Translations under genes and position numbers: made by a program | Origin: Candidatus Thorarchaeota archaeon | GTDB taxonomy: Archaea; Asgardarchaeota; Thorarchaeia; Thorarchaeales; Thorarchaeaceae | Direction of reading: 5' to 3' | DNA: 32,000 bases | NCBI GenBank assembly: GCA_003345555.1 | Contig: PRDJ01000075.1 | Span: 1,100 to 33,099 of the forward strand | In this document: one piece after another, positions 1 to 7,589 of the stretch | Position numbering within the stretch: position 1 is the first letter of the stretch | Layout of the letters: every line of letters starts with the position of its first letter | Notes under the pieces: model-generated | Databases searched by the model: none | Told to the model about the DNA's origin: nothing | The model's input: only the letters and a program-made list of their open reading frames with translations

Positions 1-2
1 TC

Positions 3-122
3 AGGCCCATGACGAGCCAAGAACTCATTCCCGGCGGCAAAGCCCTGACGCTAAGTGCGGTGGCGGCACAAAAGACGCTTGACTCTCCGTTCGTAGAGGA
101 AATCGCGAGGCTTTCCATTTAG
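3..122 (+). CDS. 3' end of a CDS entering from the left edge, product unknown
   Basis: Open frame from base 3 to TAG at 120-122 reads RPMTSQELIPGGKALTLSAVAAQKTLDSPFVEEIARLSI; too short to assign. Confidence 0.45.
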   Translation, partial: RPMTSQELIPGGKALTLSAVAAQKTLDSPFVEEIARLSI

Positions 123-238
123 GCGACGTGTTGTCTTCAAGGCTTTAGAACGATTAGGGAAATAAGCCATGACCTCTGTGATGGAAAGTACCCGACGGCA
201 ACGGACATAAGGAATGTTCTTCCCTCAGACTCGCAGCC

Positions 239-757
239 ATGACGGATTCCGGAGACTTGCCTCGGCGAGAGATGCACCCTGATGAGATGGATATCGAGGA
301 TCTGTTATGGAGCAGACGACATCAATTCATTGAGAATGCTCACTCATTGCTTTCTCATCACCCTCCGTCACTTTACGGACATTGCCTTCGACTTTCTCTT
401 GGGAGCCACTCTGTCTATTTCTGTGGTCGGTGTTCGGGAATCTACGGTGGGCTCGGCTTGGGCATCATCGTTCTCCTGGCAGTCAATGTGCGTCTGGAGC
501 CATCATGGGCGTGGTTCTTCGGGGCTGTCGTGGTAGGATTCGCTACTGTGATTGATTGGTCGACGCAGAGACTATCGCCTCGTAAGACTACTGTGAGAAC
601 GAGAGCATTGACCGGTCTTATGAGCGGTCTGTCATTGGCGGTTATATTCGTCTTGGGTGATATAATCTACATACTAGTCGCTCTCAGCATAATGCTGGGG
701 ACAATCGCCGTCGTCAGCATTGTCGAAAGCCGCATGACAAGAACGTCTTCCTTCTGA
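239..757 (+). CDS. DUF2085-like membrane protein
   Basis: LLSHH...SVYFCGRCSGIYGG (CxRC) followed by about 4 hydrophobic helices and DWSTQ, typical of DUF2085. Confidence 0.75.
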   Translation: MTDSGDLPRREMHPDEMDIEDLLWSRRHQFIENAHSLLSHHPPSLYGHCLRLSLGSHSVYFCGRCSGIYGGLGLGIIVLLAVNVRLEPSWAWFFGAVVVGFATVIDWSTQRLSPRKTTVRTRALTGLMSGLSLAVIFVLGDIIYILVALSIMLGTIAVVSIVESRMTRTSSF

Positions 758-836
758 TGTGACAAGGCGGACAGGCAGATCCAGCGTGCTCACCTGCACC
801 TCGAAGTGGGCATGGTCCCATGACAGAAAGCAAGCA

Positions 837-842
837 TTTTAA
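837..842 (+). promoter_or_regulatory. Putative TATA box of the DegT gene
   Basis: TTTTAA preceded by purine-rich AAAGCAAGCA, 34 nt upstream of ATG 876. Confidence 0.4.
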
Positions 843-875
843 CCGGCTCATACCGTTGGGAAGTCCGGTGACCCG

Positions 876-2012
876 ATGATTCCAGTAGCCAAACCCCTCG
901 TTGGAAAAGAAGAGATTGAAGCCGTCAGAAAAGTCTTGGAATCCGGAATGCTCGCTGAAGGAACTGTTGCTCATGAACTCGAACACGAATTCGCGACATA
1001 CATTGGAACCAAGTTCGCCATAGCAACTTCGAATGGGACTACTGCCCTGAGCACTGCTCTGGACGCCATGAACATCCAACCGGGCGACGAAGTCATAACA
1101 ACGCCCTTCACATTCATTGCTTCTGCAAATACTATAGCCATGCTGGGAGCTATCCCTGTTTTCGTCGACGTCCAACGTGACACATACAACATCGACCCAG
1201 ACTTGATTGAGAAGGCAATCACAAAGAAGACCAAGGCAATAATGCCAGTCCATATCTTCGGAATGCCGTGTGATATGAAACAGATAATGGAGATTGCGAA
1301 CGCGCACAACCTACTAGTCATCGAAGATGCGGCCCAAGCGCACGGAGCTGCAATTGATGGAAGGAAGATTGGATCTTTCGGCCATACTGCCGCATTCTCC
1401 TTCTATGCCACCAAGAACATGATGACAGGTGAGGGCGGCATGATCATGACTAATGATGAGGAGGTTTACGATAAGGCCATGATGATCAAGAATCATGGTC
1501 GAGGCAAGGAAGGGGGGTATAGTCATCATCGGATTGGCTACAACAGCCGAATGATGGACTTGGTCGCGGCCATCGGTTTAGAGCAGTTGAAGAGATTGCC
1601 CGGCGTCTTGACCGCCAGACGAAAGAATGCAGCAGCGTACGACAAAATGTGCTTCGAACTGAAAGGCATTCGCCCCCAAGTGGCCAAGAAGGGTTTCGAG
1701 TCAGCATATCATGTATACGCACCTTGTCTGAACTCCCCCAAGATGAACCGAGACAAAATGATTGAGTACCTGAAGCAGAACGATGTCGGATCTCGTACAG
1801 TCTATGCTCTGCCATGCCACAAGCAAGATACCTACCTGAACATTAGAGACTGGCGTTGGGCTAGATTCGTCAAGTACCCCAATTACGCTGCGTTAAAGCT
1901 ACCAAATTCTGAAGAGGTTGGGGCACAACACTTCGAGATTCCCGTACATCCATCTGTGACGGATCAGGATCGAACTCGAATTGAGCAATTGGTTAGAAAG
2001 GTCCTGTCCTAA
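876..2012 (+). CDS. DegT/DnrJ/EryC1/StrS family PLP-dependent sugar aminotransferase
   Basis: SNGTTAL, TPFTFIASAN, IEDAAQAHG, FSFYATKNMMTGEGG (PLP lysine) and GYNSRM motifs. Confidence 0.95.
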   Translation: MIPVAKPLVGKEEIEAVRKVLESGMLAEGTVAHELEHEFATYIGTKFAIATSNGTTALSTALDAMNIQPGDEVITTPFTFIASANTIAMLGAIPVFVDVQRDTYNIDPDLIEKAITKKTKAIMPVHIFGMPCDMKQIMEIANAHNLLVIEDAAQAHGAAIDGRKIGSFGHTAAFSFYATKNMMTGEGGMIMTNDEEVYDKAMMIKNHGRGKEGGYSHHRIGYNSRMMDLVAAIGLEQLKRLPGVLTARRKNAAAYDKMCFELKGIRPQVAKKGFESAYHVYAPCLNSPKMNRDKMIEYLKQNDVGSRTVYALPCHKQDTYLNIRDWRWARFVKYPNYAALKLPNSEEVGAQHFEIPVHPSVTDQDRTRIEQLVRKVLS

Positions 2013-2647
2013 GCTGTCTCGAAATACGGAAGGATTGTCCGGAGATCCTTCGACCGAATGGTGACCGAAGCTGCCTGGCTAACCCGCTCGGTCTGAGGGT
2101 TGAACGCAATACTTAGAGAGGATAACTTGAACAAATCCAGGTCGTTCTCGCCATCACCTACGCTTGCTAGATTCCGGGAAGAGAACCCTTTGCTCTTTAG
2201 ATACTGAAGGACCTTCGCTGCCTTCTGAGGTCCTTCCATTACGTACTTTACAGTGCCGTCGTGCTTTCCGTCCTTCTCGCCCAGCGTGTTGGAAAAGGCG
2301 AACTCTAGATTCAGTCTTCTACTAAAAGGCTTCATGAAGAACTGACTAACGCCGCTTGATACACACCCCACTCTGTAACCGAGTTGCCTCAGAGACTTCA
2401 CGGTTTCCTCGGCACCCAGCATCAAGGGGATCTTTTCAACAAGAGGATCCAGTGTTCCGTCCACCGGGATGCCAGTCCATATCCTTGCCCCTTGGATTAT
2501 GGAGTCTCTGAGCGACAACTGCTTTCTCACAACGCCCACAAAGGCCTCTTCTAGACCCAACTGTTTGGCAAGAGGATACGCGGCGCTGGGCCCATCAAAA
2601 AGAACGCCATCGAGATCGAGCGCAACCACAGCAATCCGATTCTGCAT
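2009..2647 (-). CDS. HAD-superfamily phosphoserine phosphatase (SerB-like)
   Basis: DLDGVL motif I, VSSG motif II, K of QKAA, VGDGENDL motif IV; start set at MQNRI (2647), ORF extends to 2680. Confidence 0.85.
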   Translation of the reverse strand: MQNRIAVVALDLDGVLFDGPSAAYPLAKQLGLEEAFVGVVRKQLSLRDSIIQGARIWTGIPVDGTLDPLVEKIPLMLGAEETVKSLRQLGYRVGCVSSGVSQFFMKPFSRRLNLEFAFSNTLGEKDGKHDGTVKYVMEGPQKAAKVLQYLKSKGFSSRNLASVGDGENDLDLFKLSSLSIAFNPQTERVSQAASVTIRSKDLRTILPYFETA

Positions 2648-2733
2648 CAACGAGTCACGTCGCTTGGATCTTATGGGCATCTAATCCGAAGTAGAAACAG
2701 TATTATCGGTTTTGGTCTTGTGATGCAATACCG

Positions 2734-3888
2734 ATGAACGTCATCTACAAAGGCAAGCGTGTGGGCACCATAAACGAGATCCGGAAGCTATTGAGCACTA
2801 AGCGTCCTGACCTCTCTCGGACCTATGAGCTTGGCCGCACACCAAGGGAAGTAATCAGTAAGCTAATGATAGTTTGCGGCAGAGTCGGTAACGAGAGTCT
2901 TGGTCTTTACCGAGCGAAAGCAGGGGAACTTGAATCAGATTTCATTGCTGTGGACAGTAACAGCTGGACCGATTTGCTCGCCAGCATCAAGAGGGCTTTT
3001 GATCCGGGCAGGCATACGGCCATACTGCTCATTGGCTCACGCGACGAGCTTCCCTCGACCCCGATGCGGTTCGGGGGTAATCAGTCTTTCACAGATTGGT
3101 TTCTTCAAGATGTGGACGGTGATGGTGTTCCAGATGTGCCAGTAGGTCGGATATTTGGCTTGCCTCAGACAGTCCTCTATCATATGGACCCACTAATCAT
3201 TGACAGCAACATAGCCGTGATTTTCGACAGTCAACCGGGTCGATCCAATCGCCACGTGCAGGCCTTAGTGAAACTGGGATTCGATGTTCAAGTTCTTGAG
3301 AAATTTGCGCCCGGAGACGTGAGGCTAATGTCTCTTACTGAGTTCATTCTTCAGTTCTCTGATGGTGTGTATTCATCAAGGATACATGGTACTCCCGATA
3401 TGTGGGCGTCGCACAACTCGATGATCCTGAGTCATCAGCAGGTTTCTCAAATCGGATTCCAAGGCTATCCCTTTGTCTTCTCCGAAGCTTGCTGTACAGC
3501 AGGGGAAGGCCCGCTCGTGAGAGCATTCCTGAACCAAGGAGCTTGCTACCTAGGCGCAAGCCTCGACACGATGAACAACACGCGTTCTTTCGACGACTGG
3601 CGTTATTGTGCCTATTGCGATGGCTACAAGTATGGGATTCTCGATCTCCTTGACTCATATGAGACGCTTGGACAGGTGAAACTACAAGTGGACCGGGAGA
3701 TCTTCAATCACTTGGATGAAAGTCCAAGACATCAGATTGAGGACATCAAGAATCATCAAAGCCAGGATTTGTCTTCCGAGAATGCGCTGTCGGCAATCGA
3801 GTGGGTTATGCTAGGCAATCCGGTGCGGCGCACAACAGTCGGACCAAATGCAGACTACAACCCCGGAAAAATAACGGTGGATACTTAG
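2734..3888 (+). CDS. Peptidase C25 (gingipain-like, clan CD) domain protein without signal peptide
   Basis: ILLIG, DVDGDGVPDVPVGRI, IHG (His), FSEACCT (Cys), GACYLGAS and WVMLGNP occur in the C25 motif order. Confidence 0.7.
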   Translation: MNVIYKGKRVGTINEIRKLLSTKRPDLSRTYELGRTPREVISKLMIVCGRVGNESLGLYRAKAGELESDFIAVDSNSWTDLLASIKRAFDPGRHTAILLIGSRDELPSTPMRFGGNQSFTDWFLQDVDGDGVPDVPVGRIFGLPQTVLYHMDPLIIDSNIAVIFDSQPGRSNRHVQALVKLGFDVQVLEKFAPGDVRLMSLTEFILQFSDGVYSSRIHGTPDMWASHNSMILSHQQVSQIGFQGYPFVFSEACCTAGEGPLVRAFLNQGACYLGASLDTMNNTRSFDDWRYCAYCDGYKYGILDLLDSYETLGQVKLQVDREIFNHLDESPRHQIEDIKNHQSQDLSSENALSAIEWVMLGNPVRRTTVGPNADYNPGKITVDT

Positions 3889-4241
3889 TCGTTACGAAAT
3901 GCTATCGTGTCATAGTCATAGAGTATCTTGTAACACCCGGGCAGACTGTTTGCACAAATGGTCTTGGATGAAACAGCCAATGTAGAACCACGGGACGTGC
4001 CAGTTCGAGTTCGGTCTTTGGTGCTGAGTTAGAGTATTAATTGCGGGTTGTGCTAATTCAGAATCTAGACGTTCTAGAAAGAAATGACACACGGCAGAAG
4101 ATGACAAGCTACAATTAGCGTGTTCTAGGCCTGCGAATGGATTGCCCCCAAACGAACGACATGGACAAATGATTAAAATACGGTAATGTGTCAACGAACC
4201 GCAGCTACTATGCACTCAAACAGTAGTGTGAGGCGACTAAT

Positions 4242-4340
4242 GTGAGCGAAGACAAGAAGAAGATTGTTCCCAAGATGCATGGCCCAAAGAATCCGTTCAA
4301 GGGTGGAAACCCGTTGAAGAAGGGCGAGAAGAAGGAGTAG
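4242..4340 (+). CDS. Small Lys-rich protein, 32 aa, absent from the ORF track
   Basis: GTG...TAG gives MSEDKKKIVPKMHGPKNPFKGGNPLKKGEKKE; upstream GAGGCG and TTAAAA (4173), T9 tract directly downstream. Confidence 0.65.
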   Translation: MSEDKKKIVPKMHGPKNPFKGGNPLKKGEKKE

Positions 4341-4344
4341 TGTC

Positions 4345-4353
4345 TTTTTTTTT
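4345..4353 (+). terminator. Archaeal oligo-T terminator
   Basis: Nine consecutive T, 4 nt after the small-ORF stop; the longest T run I saw in the window. Confidence 0.6.
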
Positions 4354-4448
4354 CACTGCATGGAGGTATCTGCAAGGCCTGAGCCTACGCAGATACTTGT
4401 CTATGCATCTATCACAAACGCCTTGCAGACATCGGACGTCCAGATTGA

Positions 4449-5399
4449 ATGACGCTCTCAATTGAAGTTCCTAGGGCTTACGACCTGCTGTCTTCAGTTC
4501 ACGCTTGGGTGTACCCGGACATTCAACCAGTTCCCGAAGTCACATGGAGTGAAGGTTTCGGACGGGTATTCACATTCAATGAGATTCAAGCACCAGTCAT
4601 AGTGTTGCAGGAATCTCCTGGCAATAAGCTGCGATTACAATATGATAACGTGGATGTGAGAGCATCGAGCATCCGAAGCAAGATAAGGCGAGTATTAAGT
4701 CTGGATGTTGATACTAGTAGCGCGATGAAGCATATTATAGAGGATCCTGTAGTATGTTCTGTAGGTCCTGCCGTCGAGAAGATACGTCCGTACTGCACAG
4801 ACACTATTCTTGAGGCACTCATCAAGGCCATCCTGCAACAACAGGTGTCCTATCGGGCAGCCAGTATTCTCACGAAACGTATGATTGTCGGTTTGGTGAC
4901 CCCAACTGAGTTTAAGATGCGGCATCTGTATTCCTTTCCCAGCGCTTTAACTTTGGTCAACGCCGGGAGGCCGAGGCTGTCTGATTTTGGCTTCGGATTC
5001 AAAACTGACTACGTATATGATGTTGCCTCAGCAGCCAACACCGGAATGCTGAATGTCGAGGTGCTCTCAGGAAGGACATCCGCAGACGCAAGGGAGATGC
5101 TCCAGTCTTTTCGAGGCATAGGCAACTGGACGATTGATGCCCTCGCCATATCTGGTCTCGGCGACTTCTCTGTTTTCCCTTCAGGTGACCTGGGCATGAG
5201 AAACCTTCTTGGCAGACTGTACAACAAAGGAATCCGCGTGTCACAAGCCCAGGTTGTCAAGAAAATCGAATCATGGGGGACGGATGGTCCGTTGGTCCTC
5301 TACCTGCTCATGTGCGCCGATGTTCTGGGTATGCTAGGCCAATCAGGACGCCCGAAAACGCATAAAAGGGAACCTTTGAAGGCTCAATCAGAGTCTTAG
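4449..5399 (+). CDS. alkA: AlkA-family HhH-GPD DNA glycosylase
   Basis: AILQQQVS, FPS, HhH FRGIGNWT and FPSGDLG (catalytic Asp). Confidence 0.85.
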   Translation: MTLSIEVPRAYDLLSSVHAWVYPDIQPVPEVTWSEGFGRVFTFNEIQAPVIVLQESPGNKLRLQYDNVDVRASSIRSKIRRVLSLDVDTSSAMKHIIEDPVVCSVGPAVEKIRPYCTDTILEALIKAILQQQVSYRAASILTKRMIVGLVTPTEFKMRHLYSFPSALTLVNAGRPRLSDFGFGFKTDYVYDVASAANTGMLNVEVLSGRTSADAREMLQSFRGIGNWTIDALAISGLGDFSVFPSGDLGMRNLLGRLYNKGIRVSQAQVVKKIESWGTDGPLVLYLLMCADVLGMLGQSGRPKTHKREPLKAQSES

Positions 5400-6575
5400 G
5401 TGAGGCCCTTGTCTCAGCACCCTCGTGTAACTCAGGAGAAGAACACCAAGACATGGCGAATAAGGTCCATGCTTCTGAAGGAACTGAGGCTCATCGAAAT
5501 CGACAAGTTTGCACTGCTAATGGTGTTCGCGCTGCCCGGCATGATAATGGGGACACTATGGGTTGCCCGGTTGCAGGCTAATGCCTCAACCGTTGGAACA
5601 GACACTGGCAAGGACTCTGATGCCCTAACAATAGGAGTCGTGGATCTTGACCCAACTGATACGTATCCGGGTCAGGATTTGTCTGACAATTTCACGTGGT
5701 ACCTAGAGGAAAGTCCTGACTTCATCGTCGTGCGGTTCGCCACCGAACAAGATGCTCTCAATGCATTGTACGAAGACACTATCAAAGCATACGCCGTCAT
5801 TCCCTATGGCTTCGAGGGAAACATAACTGGAGACATACCAGCATTCGTGCCCATACACATCAGCAGCACAGACTTTCAGAGCCAAGCGACAGTATTCGGA
5901 GCATTCCAGACTGCGGTGGCAGACTTCCGGTCCGACCATGGATGGGTAAAGGGTGAGATTAACGTCGACACGATTCGTGAATTTGAGCCGGTAGGCGACT
6001 ATGCCGCGGCGTCGTTTGGTGTGTTCTTGATTGTTTTTTCATCATTCATAGCAGTTGCCGCGACCGGCGCCCAAGCGATAGTGGGCGATGTGCCATTGAA
6101 CAGGATGCTATTGACACCTGCAACAAAGATGGAGGCAGTAATAGCGAAAGTTCTAGCGTACTTCATATTGGGCATGATACAAGCGCAGTTCTTATTGTTG
6201 CTTTGGATGGGCCTGTTTGGAATTGTTCCCAATACAGACTATCTGACGCTCAACGGGGTGTTGGCGTTGATGTCTATTTCAGGGTCCGCCTTGGGAGTCT
6301 TCATATCAACGATGTGTAGAACAAGACTGCAGGCAAATCAATCATTCCTACTCATTCTGTTTAGCTCTTTCATCGTTGGAACAGGATTCATGGATGTAGG
6401 ACCTGTCGACGATTTGTATCCTCTCAACCTAGGACGAATCATGATAATCGACACGGCATTCAAGGGTGTGTCATTGGCGACCTTCTCAAGCGAGATATTT
6501 CGGATATTGGCTTTCACTCTAGTTATGATAGTACTCGCATGGGGAGTACTAGCAAAAAGAGCTACACTGGCGTAA
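5400..6575 (+). CDS. ABC-2 type transporter permease
   Basis: MLLKELR N-terminal motif, TM1, extracytoplasmic loop (IGVVDLD...AYAVIP), 5 further TM and RMLLTP; start uncertain. Confidence 0.85.
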   Translation: MRPLSQHPRVTQEKNTKTWRIRSMLLKELRLIEIDKFALLMVFALPGMIMGTLWVARLQANASTVGTDTGKDSDALTIGVVDLDPTDTYPGQDLSDNFTWYLEESPDFIVVRFATEQDALNALYEDTIKAYAVIPYGFEGNITGDIPAFVPIHISSTDFQSQATVFGAFQTAVADFRSDHGWVKGEINVDTIREFEPVGDYAAASFGVFLIVFSSFIAVAATGAQAIVGDVPLNRMLLTPATKMEAVIAKVLAYFILGMIQAQFLLLLWMGLFGIVPNTDYLTLNGVLALMSISGSALGVFISTMCRTRLQANQSFLLILFSSFIVGTGFMDVGPVDDLYPLNLGRIMIIDTAFKGVSLATFSSEIFRILAFTLVMIVLAWGVLAKRATLA

Positions 6576-6688
6576 AATCCACCAAGGTCTCTGCCATGGG
6601 CTGGATTCGCGGGCTGCCAACCCAATTGAACGACCTGAGACTAACACTCTCGGACTCCTAGTGCTCCTTATTGTGGATACCATCTCAA

Positions 6689-7510
6689 CTAGAATCCGAA
6701 GAGAGTTGCAAGAACAACGACTGCGGCGTTGTTGAAACCATGGGCGACAGCGGGTCCAAGCACGGAGTACCTTCTCTTCTCTGCAAGGTATCCCAGAAAG
6801 AGACTGAGAACAAACAGAGATGGAAGCCCGGTCAAATCCAGATGAGCGGCCGCGAAGACTAAAGAAGTGATCAGAATGGATTTGGTGCCGCTTCTACTTG
6901 AACGTGTTCGAAAGTACATCTGAACTCGTCTCTGCAGGAAACCTCTGAATACGGTCTCCTCGCTCAATCCTACAACAACAAACATCACCGCAATCCACGC
7001 TATTAGCTCCTGTGTCCCTGAAGCGATGAAAGCACTTGGACCTGTGGAGATCTGTGTCCCGGTCACGGTATTGATTAACCAGCTCACAAATCCCGTCACG
7101 CCAATGTTAGCAATCAGCATGACTATGCCGACCAACAGACCCAACGCTATATCGGTCGCCGGGGCGGATGACTTAAGCCCAACGGACGCGAGCGGCAGAG
7201 CCCGCCTCTTCGCATACAGCATAGGAGGCACTATGAATCCAATCTCTGAAAGCGATACCAGTAAGAGCGCCCAAGGTTTGAAGGTAACCCCGAAAGTCAC
7301 TACATTGATTACAATCATCCCCGCATTGATCAATGGTATCATGATGAATAGAAGCAGACCCATAGCGAGAACGAAGGAACCGCCGGTGAAGAGAAGTACG
7401 CGAAATAGAGTGTCCCAGTTAACCTCTCGCTCTAGCTTCGTCCCCGGCTCATAGATATCAATCCCTCTGAATTCTTCGAAGTCGTAGCGATCGGGATCTT
7501 CGATAACCAC
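6689..7510 (-). CDS. CPBP family (CAAX/Abi) intramembrane metalloprotease
   Basis: EETVFRG, FAAAH and AHGFNN motifs with multiple TM helices. Confidence 0.92.
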   Translation of the reverse strand: MVIEDPDRYDFEEFRGIDIYEPGTKLEREVNWDTLFRVLLFTGGSFVLAMGLLLFIMIPLINAGMIVINVVTFGVTFKPWALLLVSLSEIGFIVPPMLYAKRRALPLASVGLKSSAPATDIALGLLVGIVMLIANIGVTGFVSWLINTVTGTQISTGPSAFIASGTQELIAWIAVMFVVVGLSEETVFRGFLQRRVQMYFRTRSSRSGTKSILITSLVFAAAHLDLTGLPSLFVLSLFLGYLAEKRRYSVLGPAVAHGFNNAAVVVLATLFGF

Positions 7511-7589
7511 AAACGTGACCTACTGGAGCTGGCAGGCGGGTTCGTGATAAAGTTGCTGATGTACCATTCTTTATCAGTATTGCAGCCTG

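Noticed and set aside
714-1307. 197-aa minus ORF and similar overlapping ORFs throughout the track (e.g. 11437-11853, 23474-24049, 9988-10494)
   Set aside because: They overlap well-supported genes in other frames or strands and have no family motifs
3916-4215. 99-aa minus-strand ORF
   Set aside because: Atypical composition in an AT-rich promoter-like region, with no motif
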